From positions 8,928,001 through 8,992,000 of the forward strand of contig JASGJH010000001.1 of assembly GCA_047601445.1 (NCBI GenBank): 64,000 nt of DNA. The letters run 5' to 3'. Shown here one piece after another: positions 29,474 to 39,614 of the stretch. Each line of letters begins with the position of its first letter. The stretch's first letter is position 1. The notes under the pieces were generated by a model. The model saw only the letters and a list, made by a program, of their open reading frames with translations. It had not been told where the DNA came from and did not search any database. The stretch is from Myxococcales bacterium. GTDB lineage: Bacteria > Myxococcota_A > Polyangia > Polyangiales > DASUME01. Position numbers and translations under genes: made by a program.

Positions 29474-30487
29474 CTACTTCTTGCCTGCCGCGCGCGCTTC
29501 GCGCTCGGCCAAAGCGATGTCCGCCTCGACCATCATGCGGACCAACTGCTTGAAATCCACCTGCGGCTTCCAGCCGAGCTCCTGGCGCGCCTTGGTGGAG
29601 TCTCCCAGCAACAGGTCGACCTCGGAGGGGCGGAAGTACTTCGGGTCGATCACGACGCGGTCCATGATGGAAACCTGCGCGTGCTCGGCCGCGAGCTCGA
29701 GGAACTCCCGCACGCTGTGCGTCTCGCCCATCGCGATCACGTAGTCGTCCGGCTTGTCCACCTGCAGCATGCGCCACATGGCCTCGACGTAGTCACCGGC
29801 GAAACCCCAGTCGCGCTTGGCGTCGAGGTTGCCGAGGAATAGCTTGTCCTGCAGGCCCACCTTGATGCGCCCCAGGGCGCGCGTGATCTTGCGCGTCACG
29901 AAGGTCTCGCCGCGGCGCGGGCTCTCGTGGTTGAACAGGATGCCGTTCACCGCGAACATGCCGTAGGCCTCGCGGTAGTTCTGCGTGATGTAGAACGAGT
30001 AGGCCTTGGCCGCCGCGTACGGGCTGCGGGGATAGAACGGCGTGGTCTCCTTCTGGGGGGTCTCCACGACCTTGCCGTAGAGCTCCGACGAGGACGCCTG
30101 ATAGAAGCGCGGGGTGATGCCGAGGTCTCGGATCGCCTCGAGCAAACGCACGGTGCCGAGGCCGGTGATGTCACCCGTGTATTCGGGCGTGTCGAAGCTG
30201 ACGCGCACGTGGCTCTGGGCGCCCAGGTTGTAGACCTCGTCCGGCTTGGTCTTGGCCAGCAGGTTGGCGAGGGCGGTACCGTCGCTCAGGTCGCCATAGT
30301 GCAGGAAGAGGCGCGCCGACGGATCGTGGGGATCGAGATACAGGTGGTCCAGGCGCTCGGTGTTGAAGCTCGAAGAGCGCCGGATGATGCCGTGGACTTC
30401 GTAGTCCTTTGCAAGCAGGAGCTCGGCCAAATAGCTGCCGTCTTGGCCGGTGATTCCCGTGATAAGCGCTCGCTTCCGTGTTGCCAT
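29474..30487 (-). CDS. gmd: GDP-mannose 4,6-dehydratase
   Basis: [41 protein letters not shown] and [16 protein letters not shown]. Confidence 0.97.
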   Translation of the reverse strand: MATRKRALITGITGQDGSYLAELLLAKDYEVHGIIRRSSSFNTERLDHLYLDPHDPSARLFLHYGDLSDGTALANLLAKTKPDEVYNLGAQSHVRVSFDTPEYTGDITGLGTVRLLEAIRDLGITPRFYQASSSELYGKVVETPQKETTPFYPRSPYAAAKAYSFYITQNYREAYGMFAVNGILFNHESPRRGETFVTRKITRALGRIKVGLQDKLFLGNLDAKRDWGFAGDYVEAMWRMLQVDKPDDYVIAMGETHSVREFLELAAEHAQVSIMDRVVIDPKYFRPSEVDLLLGDSTKARQELGWKPQVDFKQLVRMMVEADIALAEREARAAGKK

Positions 30488-30803
30488 GCCGCCGAAGTCC
30501 CCTGTCCTGTTCGACTGATCGTTCTGGGGCCAGGCCCCATCGAGCCCCGCCCTCCTCGGACCTCCTAGCGCAGGAAGCGTCGGTGACCAAGCCTCTCGCC
30601 CTTATTGCTGTTTTTCTGGCCCGTATCAACCTAGAGGCGTGGTGCTCACGGGGCGGGCCGGCGGCCCAGGGAAGAGCCAGGCTGGTCTCGTCTGTTGAGG
30701 CGCCCGAGTGAGCGGGGTGAAGGCCTGATCCTCGCCGACCGGATGGGCCTGCCAGAACGTGACATGGCGCCCCTAACCACCTAAACCTCTTCGGCTCGAG
30801 CCC

Positions 30804-31865
30804 ATGATCTATCTCGCGTACGTCCTCTTTGCCGTTTACGTCCTCACCCGGTTCGGGCGCGTGATCTCGGCTTCCAGGGCGATTCCGATGTGGATCGTGC
30901 TGTTCGCCCTGGGCATCACGGTGGTGGATCCCAACGTGCTGCTGCCCATCGCGCAGCTGTTCGGGATCCAGGTCGTCAGCAACATGGTGTTCGCCACCAT
31001 GTTGTTGTTTCTGCTGTTCGAGTCCCTCAAGGGAGCGGCCGAGCAGACATCGGCCACCCGTCAGCTCAGGCGCCTCGTGGCCCGCCTGGCTTGCCGTGAC
31101 TTCACGGGCCAGCAAGCGGGTCGCCCAGCAGGCTCCGTGCTGGTGGTCGTACCCGCCTACAACGAGGCCTCGTCCATCGCCAACGTGGTCACGCAGCTCG
31201 CCGCGCTGCTCGCCGACAACGACGACATCGACGCCGTGATCGTCGACGACGGCTCGATGGACGAGACCGCCCGGATCGCCAGCGAGCGGGCGAATGGCCG
31301 CATCAGCGTCGTGTCCCATGCGGTCAACTGTGGGGTCGGCGGCGTCCTGATGACCGCCTTCACGATCGCCACCCAGCACGCCTATCAGCACGTCGTGCAG
31401 TGCGACGCCGACGGGCAGCACCCGGTGGGGTCCATCCCGGACCTCGTCCAGCAGGCCGCCGAGCGCCGCGTCGATCTCCTGGTGGGCAGCCGCTTCTGCG
31501 CCGAGAGCGAGAAGGACGAGAGCACGACGTGGATGCGTCGCTTCGGTGGTCGCCTGATCTCGCTCTCCCTCGCCACCTTCGGCCGCAAGGCCCAGGTCAC
31601 GGATCCGACCAGCGGCTTTCGCGTTTACTCGCGGCGCGCGGCAGCGCTGCTCGCGGTGCGCATGCCCGACGAATATCCGGAGCCGGAGTCGGTCGCGGTA
31701 TGCGCCATTCAAGGGCTTTCGATCGGCGAGACGCCGGTCAAAATGTTGGCACGTGAAGCTGGTGAATCGAGTATCTCGGGCTGGAAGAGCGCCGTTTTCA
31801 TGGTCAAGGTGCTGACCTCCTTGCTCTCCTTCCGAGTGCGCTATGCACTTGGCCGCGTCGGATAA
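30804..31865 (+). CDS. DUF2304-like membrane domain fused to DPM1-like GT2
   Basis: About 90 aa N-terminus with three TM segments, ending LRRLVARLA; then VPAYNE, VDDGS, QCDADGQH, GSRF, DPTSGFR and YPEPE. Confidence 0.85.
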   Translation: MIYLAYVLFAVYVLTRFGRVISASRAIPMWIVLFALGITVVDPNVLLPIAQLFGIQVVSNMVFATMLLFLLFESLKGAAEQTSATRQLRRLVARLACRDFTGQQAGRPAGSVLVVVPAYNEASSIANVVTQLAALLADNDDIDAVIVDDGSMDETARIASERANGRISVVSHAVNCGVGGVLMTAFTIATQHAYQHVVQCDADGQHPVGSIPDLVQQAAERRVDLLVGSRFCAESEKDESTTWMRRFGGRLISLSLATFGRKAQVTDPTSGFRVYSRRAAALLAVRMPDEYPEPESVAVCAIQGLSIGETPVKMLAREAGESSISGWKSAVFMVKVLTSLLSFRVRYALGRVG

Positions 31866-31883
31866 CCAGAAATCGAGGTTTCC

Positions 31884-32933
31884 ATGACCGTAGATCGCCT
31901 GCCTACACAGCTTGAGTCGCGCCCCGAGATCGCGGAGTTCTTCGGTGGCCGTCCGGTCCTCGTCACGGGGGGACTCGGCTTCGTCGGCAGTAACTTGGTG
32001 CGCTGTCTAGTGGGGCTCGGCGCCAAGGTAACGGTGGTCGACAACCTGCACCAAAAGTACGGTGGCAACCTGTTCAACCTGGATGGGATCACCGATCGCG
32101 TGGAGAGCTTGGCCGTGGACCAGGCGGACGAGAAGGCGATGCACGGCATCGTCGCCCGCTTCGACACCATCTTCAACATGGTGGGGCAGGTCAGCCACGT
32201 CGACAGCATGGAGAACCCGTACCTCGATCTGCACACCAACGTCACCACGCACGTGTCGTTGCTCGAGGCCTGTCGCAAGCACAGCCCCAAGGCCAAGATC
32301 CTGTTCGCAGGTACGCGTGGCCAGTACGGGCGCCCGCAAGTGTCTCCGGTGGACGAGACCGCCCCCATCGCGCCCATCGACGTCAACGGCGTGAACAAGC
32401 ACGCCGGCGAGACCTATCACTTCCTCTATTCGCAGGTGTACGGGCTGCGCGTTTGCTCGTTGCGGCTGACCAACACCTACGGCCCCCGGCACACGATGAA
32501 GACCGCGCGCCAGGGCGTGTTCGCGTGGTTCGTACGACAGGCCATCGACGGCGAGGAGATCAAGCTGTTCGGCGGCGGCGAGCAGCTGCGCGACTTCAAC
32601 CACGTCAAGGACGTGGTGGCGGCGCTCGTGATGGCCATGGTCAGCTCGCAGGCCGACGGGCAAGTGTTCAATCTGGGCAGCCACGAGCCGATGAGCCTGC
32701 TCAAGATCGCCAATATCATCGTGGACAAGGCCGGTACCGGCAGCGTGAAGGGCATCCCCTATCCGCCGCACCTCAAGGCCATCGAGATCGGCGACTACAT
32801 CGGCGACTACACGAAGATCAAGAACGTGCTCGGGTGGGAACCCCGCATCGGCCTCGAGAACGGTATCGCCGAGACGGTTGCCTACTATCAACGGAACCGC
32901 ACGAACTACTGGGAGCAGGTGCTCTACCCATGA
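31884..32933 (+). CDS. NAD-dependent sugar epimerase/dehydratase
   Basis: VTGGLGFVGS, LRLTNTYGP and QLRDF; the catalytic YxxxK appears as NGVNK. Confidence 0.9.
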   Translation: MTVDRLPTQLESRPEIAEFFGGRPVLVTGGLGFVGSNLVRCLVGLGAKVTVVDNLHQKYGGNLFNLDGITDRVESLAVDQADEKAMHGIVARFDTIFNMVGQVSHVDSMENPYLDLHTNVTTHVSLLEACRKHSPKAKILFAGTRGQYGRPQVSPVDETAPIAPIDVNGVNKHAGETYHFLYSQVYGLRVCSLRLTNTYGPRHTMKTARQGVFAWFVRQAIDGEEIKLFGGGEQLRDFNHVKDVVAALVMAMVSSQADGQVFNLGSHEPMSLLKIANIIVDKAGTGSVKGIPYPPHLKAIEIGDYIGDYTKIKNVLGWEPRIGLENGIAETVAYYQRNRTNYWEQVLYP

Positions 32934-34024
32934 TCCTGATGAACGATTTCAAGCTCCACGTCGCGGGGCTCCGCGCAGAAGTCGACGCCGCCGTCGCGCG
33001 CGTCCTCGAGAGTGGCTGGTTCATCCTCGGCAAGGAAGTCGAAGCATTCGAGCAGGAGTTCGCCGCCTTCGTGGGCGTGCCGCATGCCATCGGCGTGGGC
33101 AACGGCATGGATGCCATTCAGCTCGCGCTGATGGCCTGGGGAATCGGCCCGGGCGACGAGGTCATCACCACGCCCAATTCCGCCTTCGCGACCACGCTCG
33201 CCATCTTGCGCGTGGGCGCCACGCCGGTGTTCGTCGACATCGAAGATCGCGACTACGCGCTGGATAGTCGCTTGCTCGCCGCCGCCATCACGCCGCGCAC
33301 CAAGGCTCTGCTTCCCGTGCACATCTACGGCCGCGCGGCCGAACTCGCGCCCATGGTGGAGCTAGCGGACAAGCACGGGCTCCTCCTGTTGAACGACGCC
33401 TGCCAGGCTCACGGCGCGCAGTATCGCGGGCACGACGTGTCGCACTACGGCCACGCGACCGCTTACAGCTTCTATCCCACCAAGAACCTCGGCTGCTTCG
33501 GGGATGGCGGAATGATCGTGTGCTCCGACGCGGAGCATGCGGCGCGCATGCGTCGAGGTCGCGACTACGGGCAGAGCAAGCGCTACGAACACCTGGAGCC
33601 GGGACTCAATAGTCGGCTCGACGAGGTCCAGGCTGCCGTGCTGCGCGTCAAGCTCAAGCACCTGGCCGCCCACACCCAGCGTCGCCGCGCGGTCGCTGCA
33701 CGCTACCAGCAGGCCCTTGCTGGCCTACCCATCGTGCTGCCTCGGCCCGACGCCGGGGCGGTTTGGCATCTCTTCGTGCTGCGCACACCGCGCCGCGACG
33801 CGCTTGCCGAGCACCTGCGAGGACGCGGCGTGCAGAGCCTGGTGCACTATCCGACCATCATCCCGAAGCAAGCGGCGATGGGCCGTCCCTACGCGGCGGG
33901 TTCGCTGCCCGTGGCGGAGCGCTGCGCCGACGAGTTCCTGTCCTTGCCCATCAACCCCGAGCTGACCGACGCCCAAGTCGATGAGGTCTGCGCTGCCGTG
34001 CGGTCCTTCTTCGAGGCGGCATGA
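32930..34024 (+). CDS. DegT/DnrJ/EryC1/StrS sugar aminotransferase
   Basis: SGWFILG, PVHIYG, DACQAHG, SFYPTKNLGCFGDGG and NSRLDEVQAA. ATG at 32930 overlaps the upstream stop. Confidence 0.94.
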   Translation: MILMNDFKLHVAGLRAEVDAAVARVLESGWFILGKEVEAFEQEFAAFVGVPHAIGVGNGMDAIQLALMAWGIGPGDEVITTPNSAFATTLAILRVGATPVFVDIEDRDYALDSRLLAAAITPRTKALLPVHIYGRAAELAPMVELADKHGLLLLNDACQAHGAQYRGHDVSHYGHATAYSFYPTKNLGCFGDGGMIVCSDAEHAARMRRGRDYGQSKRYEHLEPGLNSRLDEVQAAVLRVKLKHLAAHTQRRRAVAARYQQALAGLPIVLPRPDAGAVWHLFVLRTPRRDALAEHLRGRGVQSLVHYPTIIPKQAAMGRPYAAGSLPVAERCADEFLSLPINPELTDAQVDEVCAAVRSFFEAA

Positions 34025-35214
34025 AGGTCCTGCTGGGGGTGGTGTACTACGAGCCTGCCTGGGCCTACGGCGGGCCTCCGCGCATGGTCTTCGATCTGGC
34101 GCGTGAGCTCGTGCGCCGCGGACACGAAGTGACGGTGTGCACCACCGACGCGCTCGATGACGGCAAGCGCGTTCCCAAGCTCGAGGAGGTCTCGCACGGC
34201 GTGCGCATCGTGCGTTTCCCCAACTTGAGCAACCGGGTCGCGTTCCACCTCAAGATCTTCTTGCCCATCGGGATGCGCTACTGGCTCGACGAACACGTGC
34301 GTGAGTTCGACGTCGTGCACTTGTTCGACGCACGCACCATGCTCAACGCGTGGGCATCCCAGGCCGCCTTTCGCCACGGGGTCCCGTTCTTCGTGTCGGT
34401 GTGGGGCTCCCTGCCGCGCGGTGAGGGTTGGCGTGCAGCCATCAAGGCCTACTACGATCGGCACTACGCCGACGTGCAGATCGGCAAGGCCAGTCGGCTC
34501 TTGGCTCAGAATGCTCACGAGGCCGCGCTCTACCTCGACTACGGGGGACGCAAGGACCAGGTCGCCATCTGGCCGCTCGGGGTCGATCCCGCGGAGTTCC
34601 GCGTCCTGCCAGCTCGCGGGGAGTTGCGCAGCAAGCTCGGCATCCCGCCGGACGCCCCCGTCGTGCTCTTCGTCGGCCGCATCTCGGAGCTCAAGGGCCT
34701 CGAGCCGCTGCTACGAGCTTTTGCCCAGGCGAAGCGGCGCGTCCCAGCGGCCCGACTGGTGGTGGTGGGACGTGATGACGGCTACCTCCAGAGCATGCTG
34801 AGCCTCGCGCGTGAGCTGGGCATCGAGAGCAGCCTGCATTTCGTCGGACCGCTGTACGGCAGCGACGTCCTGCCGGCCTACATCGATGCGGACTTGTTCG
34901 CGATCACCCCCACCCACTTCGAGGAGACCTCGCTGGCTTCGCTGACCGCGGCTGCCGTGGGGCGGCCCATGCTGATCAACGACCGTTGCGGTGTGCCCTG
35001 GCTCGATGAGTACGACGCTGGTCGCTGCGTACCCCATGGTGTCGACGCCATCGCCAGCGCGCTCAGCGAGTTGCTCGCGGATGCGCAGCGGCTTCAGCGT
35101 ATGGGGGAAAACGCCAAGCGCATGAGCGACGAGCGCTTTCTACTGCCTCGCGTCGTGGACCAGGTCGAGCGACTGTACGAGGGCGCGCGCGGGGCGGCGC
35201 TCAGTCACGCGTAG
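34021..35214 (+). CDS. Glycosyltransferase family 4
   Basis: YGGPP, GHEVTV, LFVGRISELKGL and VVGRDDG. Confidence 0.92.
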   Translation: MKVLLGVVYYEPAWAYGGPPRMVFDLARELVRRGHEVTVCTTDALDDGKRVPKLEEVSHGVRIVRFPNLSNRVAFHLKIFLPIGMRYWLDEHVREFDVVHLFDARTMLNAWASQAAFRHGVPFFVSVWGSLPRGEGWRAAIKAYYDRHYADVQIGKASRLLAQNAHEAALYLDYGGRKDQVAIWPLGVDPAEFRVLPARGELRSKLGIPPDAPVVLFVGRISELKGLEPLLRAFAQAKRRVPAARLVVVGRDDGYLQSMLSLARELGIESSLHFVGPLYGSDVLPAYIDADLFAITPTHFEETSLASLTAAAVGRPMLINDRCGVPWLDEYDAGRCVPHGVDAIASALSELLADAQRLQRMGENAKRMSDERFLLPRVVDQVERLYEGARGAALSHA

Positions 35215-36734
35215 GCGACGATGCGGCGCTCGCACCACAGGGCCGGGACTTCGCTCTGCCTCTCGGCGAAGCCGTAGTAGCCCGCGCGCTTGAATGCCTG
35301 CGCACTGCGCTGGTTCTCCGGCAAGATCTGCGCGACCAGAGTGAGCACCCCGAGCTGGGCCGCCTCCCGCTCCAGCAAACGCAGCAGCGGTGCGGCCAGT
35401 CCGCGTCCGCGCGCCTCGGGCGCCAGCGTCAGTGAGACCTCGGCGGCCTCCTGGTGCTGGTAGTCCAGGCGCAAGGTGCCCACGGGTAACGCTCCTTCCA
35501 AAGCGACGAACAGCGCTCGGCTCGAGTTGGCCAGCGACGCCTCGAGCCAGCGGCGGTGTTCCTCGGCCTTGACCTCGTGTTTGCTCACGGACATCTGACG
35601 CGTGAGCTCATCGTTGCGCCAGCTCAGTAAGAGGGCGCTGTCTTCGAGGGTCGCTCTCCTCAGCACGAGTGTGTCGTCGCTCGCGGGGGCGCTGCCGACG
35701 TCGGCCCAGGCCAGCGGCTTCCCGGCCGTCAGGTCTGCATGCGCGGTGCGTCCGAGGACCTGCGGCAGCGCGCTGGCCGGCAAACCATGGGCGGGTCGCA
35801 CGCTGCGCACGTGATCACAGGTGAGGACCTCGCCGCGCGCGACATCCTTCGCCACGTACAGAGAGCGCCGAAAGGCGAGGCTAGCTCGCTCGGAGACGGA
35901 GGGGCCAAACGAGATTCCGCCCAGCGCACGCTGAGCTTCGCGCGCGCTCTTGACCAGCGAGGCCATCTCGGAGGGCTCCAGCGAGAAGAAGGAGTCGGGA
36001 CCACCGACGGCGCGATCGAGGATGAAGTGCTTCTCGATGATGCAGGCTCCGCGCGCGACGGCCACGATGGCAGCGGTATTGTCGAGCGTGTGGTCGGACA
36101 ACCCCACCACGACGCCGAAGGACGCCAGCACGTCGATGCTCTTGAGCTGCATGTCTTCGGGGGCGGCGGGGTAGGCGGAGACGCAGCGGAGCAGGGCGAG
36201 CTTGTGGTTACCCGCCTGCTTGCAGACTCGCACGGCCGCCTCGATTTCCCCGAGACTCGCCATGCCCGTGGACATGATCATGGGCTTCTGCGTGCGTGCG
36301 ATCCGCTCCACCAGCGGCAGATCGACGAGCTCGAAGGATGCGACCTTGTGGCACGGTGCTCCGAGCTGCTCGAGGAGCTCGACGGCGGTCACATCGAAGG
36401 GCGTCGAGAAACACAACAAACCACAGGCCTTGGCGCAGGCAAAGAGCTCCGCGTGCCATTCCCAGGGGGTCATCGCCTCGGCGTACAAGTCATGCAGGGT
36501 GCGGCCAGCCCACTGGTTCGAGGTCTTGACCACGAAGTCGGGCGCGCGCGAGTTCAGCGTCAGGGTGTCTGGCGTGTAGGTCTGTAGCTTGATGGCGTCC
36601 ACGCCGGTCTTGGCGGCCGCTTCGATGGTGCGCAGCGCGGTGGACAAATTGCCGCCGTGGTTCGCGGATAGCTCGGCGATGACGAACACGGGGGCGCCGT
36701 CTCCGATATGCCGATGGCCCAACTCAAAGCCCAT
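35205..36734 (-). CDS. pseI: Pseudaminic acid synthase (NeuB + SAF) fused to C-terminal GNAT acetyltransferase
   Basis: IAELSANH, KLQTYTPDT, TPWEWH, KVASFE, GLSDHT, EKHF and RRSLY; then LLSWRND..TRQMS, EHRRW, RGRGLA and NQRS..AF. Confidence 0.92.
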   Translation of the reverse strand: MGFELGHRHIGDGAPVFVIAELSANHGGNLSTALRTIEAAAKTGVDAIKLQTYTPDTLTLNSRAPDFVVKTSNQWAGRTLHDLYAEAMTPWEWHAELFACAKACGLLCFSTPFDVTAVELLEQLGAPCHKVASFELVDLPLVERIARTQKPMIMSTGMASLGEIEAAVRVCKQAGNHKLALLRCVSAYPAAPEDMQLKSIDVLASFGVVVGLSDHTLDNTAAIVAVARGACIIEKHFILDRAVGGPDSFFSLEPSEMASLVKSAREAQRALGGISFGPSVSERASLAFRRSLYVAKDVARGEVLTCDHVRSVRPAHGLPASALPQVLGRTAHADLTAGKPLAWADVGSAPASDDTLVLRRATLEDSALLLSWRNDELTRQMSVSKHEVKAEEHRRWLEASLANSSRALFVALEGALPVGTLRLDYQHQEAAEVSLTLAPEARGRGLAAPLLRLLEREAAQLGVLTLVAQILPENQRSAQAFKRAGYYGFAERQSEVPALWCERRIVAYA

Positions 36735-36744
36735 TCGACCCTCC

Positions 36745-37959
36745 TCAAGCCTTCAGGATCTCGAGAACACTCGCCGCGACGCGGTCCGCGTCGGAGACAT
36801 CCATCCTGGGAAACATCGGTAGGCTGATGCAGCCCGCATAGTACGCATCCGCGCCCTCGAACGACCCTGACGACAGCCCGGCGTCGCGGAAGCTCGGCTG
36901 GCGATGGACAGGCACGTAGTGGACCTGCGGGAAGATGTTCGTCTCGCGGAGTTTCTCGAACAGAACCCGACGTCGACCGGCCACGCCTTCGAGCCCTTCG
37001 CCCGCGCGCGGGAGCACACGCAAGACATACAGGTGGTAAGCCGACTGCACGCCCGTCGGCACGCGCAATGGCGTGCACAGCCCGCCGAACTCGGGCGCCG
37101 CGAACAACGCGTCGTAGCGCGCGGCGATGCGGCGTCGCTGCTCCAGGAAGCGCGGCAAGCGTGCCAGCTGCGAGATGCCGAGCGCGCACTGCAGGTCGGT
37201 GATGCGGTAGTTGTACCCGAGCGAGCGCTGCTCGTAGTACCAGGGCCCGTCGGAGCCGCGCATGCGCGCCGGATCGCGCGTAATGCCATGGCTCCGTAGC
37301 TCGAGGAGCTCTTGGTAGAGACTCGGGTCGTTGGTGGTGATCGCGCCGCCTTCGCCCGTCGTGATGTGCTTCACGGGGTGAAAGGAGAGAATGCCCATAT
37401 CGGCGTGGGCGCAGGACGCGGCTTGGTACGTCTTCCCGTCGACTTCGTAGGTGGTGCCCAGGCCGTGGGCGGCGTCTTCGATGACGCAGGCTCCCGCGGC
37501 GCTCGCGAGGCGACGAAGACGCGCCATGTCGGGAGCGCTGCCGGCGAAGTGGACCGGGAGCACCGCCTTGATGGGGCTCGAGCTCGTCGCAGCCTTGAAC
37601 CGGCTCTCCACGTGCTCGAGATTCATGAGCCCCGTGTCGGACTCGACGTCGATGAGCGCAGGCGTGGCGCCCACGTAGCGCACCGCATTGGCCGTGGCGA
37701 CGAAGGTGATGTCCGGTACCAGCGCCACGTCACCTGCGCGTAGGCCCGCGGCCAGGCACGCGAGGTGGAGCGCAGCGGTGCCGTTCGCGACGGCCACGGC
37801 GAAACGTGCACCGACGAACTTGGCGAGCTTTTCCTCGAACTCCGCGACGCGCGGCCCTTGGGTCAGCCAGTCATCGCGAAGCTGTGTCTCCACCGCCAGC
37901 AGGTCGCTGGCGTCGATGTCCTGGGTGGCGTATGGCAGTCGCTTGCCCGCACCGCTCAT
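36745..37959 (-). CDS. pseC: UDP-4-amino-4,6-dideoxy-N-acetyl-beta-L-altrosamine transaminase
   Basis: LPYATQDI, WLTQGP, NGTAALHLA, SFHPVKHITTGEGG and GYNYRITDLQCALG; lies next to pseI. Confidence 0.92.
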   Translation of the reverse strand: MSGAGKRLPYATQDIDASDLLAVETQLRDDWLTQGPRVAEFEEKLAKFVGARFAVAVANGTAALHLACLAAGLRAGDVALVPDITFVATANAVRYVGATPALIDVESDTGLMNLEHVESRFKAATSSSPIKAVLPVHFAGSAPDMARLRRLASAAGACVIEDAAHGLGTTYEVDGKTYQAASCAHADMGILSFHPVKHITTGEGGAITTNDPSLYQELLELRSHGITRDPARMRGSDGPWYYEQRSLGYNYRITDLQCALGISQLARLPRFLEQRRRIAARYDALFAAPEFGGLCTPLRVPTGVQSAYHLYVLRVLPRAGEGLEGVAGRRRVLFEKLRETNIFPQVHYVPVHRQPSFRDAGLSSGSFEGADAYYAGCISLPMFPRMDVSDADRVAASVLEILKA

Positions 37960-38022
37960 GTGAAAAACCTCCGAAGCTCGGGATTATAGCCACGTCGACC
38001 CGCCCGGGCCAACATCCAGGCG

Positions 38023-39327
38023 CTAAGCATCGCTGCGTTCATCGGCCCGATTCAGCCCTAAAATTGCGGCCAGCACGAGCAAACCGGACCCCGCGGCCCA
38101 GAGCGTGTCGAGCGCGATCGCGCGTGCGTCTCCATGATTCACTTGCAGCAACGTGATCTGGACCAGCGGGGGTACCAGCAGCAGCCAGAAGCCTCGGTGG
38201 CGATTGATGCCGATGAGCACGGTGCAAACGCTGCTCTGGAGGACGAGCAGACAAACGCTGGCGACCAACAAGGTCAGAAGCGGAGCGCTCCCGCGGAATG
38301 CCTGGCCGTACATCAGCACCACCGCCCACTCGCCCACCAGCACGGTCCCGAGCAGTCCCACCAGCAATAGACCCAGCAGCGTGCCGACCACGCCGAGTAC
38401 GAGCTTGCCGATGGGCCGACCCGCTGCCTTCGCGGTGGTCACCTTGGACAGCAGCACCACGGTGAGTGGCGCCGCGGCGACGGCGGCCAAGCGGGACAGC
38501 GATGACGCGGCCCCGTATAGACCCGCTTGCTCGTCCGTCAGCACGTGCTTGGCGGCGATCACGTCGGCGTTCATGAGCCCCAGCGAGCAAATGCTCATGA
38601 ACATGAAGGGCAGCGATACGGAGAGTCCAAACCCGCCGCGCTGAGACGGCGCTGTCGGGGCGGGCGCATCCGTTCGCGAGCCGGACATGGAGACGTGTGC
38701 CTGCGTGACGTCGCCTAGGCTGAGTCGGCCGAGTAGGGCCGCGGCGCCGGTTCCCAGTGCGTAGCCTGCCAACACGCCCAGGGCTCCGAACCCCAACAGG
38801 GCCAGACTCGCGCCCAGGACGAGCCGCACGCCAGCCTCCGCCACCTGGTTGAGCGCAAAGGCTTCGAAGCGATGGAGTCCCCGCTGGAGCGCACGCGGGG
38901 CGCCGATGGCGATCGTGGAGGCGAGATAAGCAACGAATGCCAGAACGGGACCGTGCGACGGGATATCCAGCCAGGTCGCAATCCATGGCGAGGCGACGCA
39001 TCCAAGTACCGTCACGCCAGCAGCCAGGCCCAGCGCCCAACGCCACGCGAGACGCCACAAGGCAGCGGTGGTGCCCACGTCGTCTCGACCCATGTGGTCG
39101 GCCACTAACTTGGCGATGCCGTCGGCGGCCGGATTGAGCAACGTGGTAATGGCGCTCAGGGCCAACAACGCGGCGACGATCGAATATTCCGACGGTCCGA
39201 GCGCGCGCCCGCAAATTCCGACGTAGGCAGCCGAAAGCAGCGAAGAGGCGAGGGTGGCCAGGGTCAGTCGCGCGGAGTCCGAGATCCAACCGGCACTGGG
39301 GGAGAACCGCACTGCTGCCTTTTCCAC
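38023..39327 (-). CDS. Wzx-like oligosaccharide flippase
   Basis: About 12 TM segments; RALGPSEY and DVIAAKHVL..EQAGLYGAA. Confidence 0.85.
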   Translation of the reverse strand: MEKAAVRFSPSAGWISDSARLTLATLASSLLSAAYVGICGRALGPSEYSIVAALLALSAITTLLNPAADGIAKLVADHMGRDDVGTTAALWRLAWRWALGLAAGVTVLGCVASPWIATWLDIPSHGPVLAFVAYLASTIAIGAPRALQRGLHRFEAFALNQVAEAGVRLVLGASLALLGFGALGVLAGYALGTGAAALLGRLSLGDVTQAHVSMSGSRTDAPAPTAPSQRGGFGLSVSLPFMFMSICSLGLMNADVIAAKHVLTDEQAGLYGAASSLSRLAAVAAAPLTVVLLSKVTTAKAAGRPIGKLVLGVVGTLLGLLLVGLLGTVLVGEWAVVLMYGQAFRGSAPLLTLLVASVCLLVLQSSVCTVLIGINRHRGFWLLLVPPLVQITLLQVNHGDARAIALDTLWAAGSGLLVLAAILGLNRADERSDA

Positions 39328-39614
39328 GCGCCGGAGGTTAGCAGACCCCCCGCCCCAGCATAGGAGCGGGCTCTCGCCCCAGCGCGAAACCGCACGCTGC
39401 CGTCACAGCCGGGGCTGCGAGGCCGGAAAATACGCCCAAAACACGCGGGGGCGGCGCCTCGTTCAAGCCCGCGCAACACCCTACATCGACGCCCGCGAGG
39501 ACTGGACCCGCGCGACCGACCATAGTAGATCCCGCTGGAATTTGCGGAGCTCTCGTCGAGACTCCATCGCGGGCTGATGCGCCCGCCTCGACTTCGTAGC
39601 GGAGGAACCTGCGC

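Noticed and set aside
32453..32929. Apparent N-terminal extension of the DegT ORF (similarly 27497-28414, 40468 and 44354 extensions)
   Set aside because: These overlap upstream genes in another frame; the real starts lie at or near the stop/start junctions.
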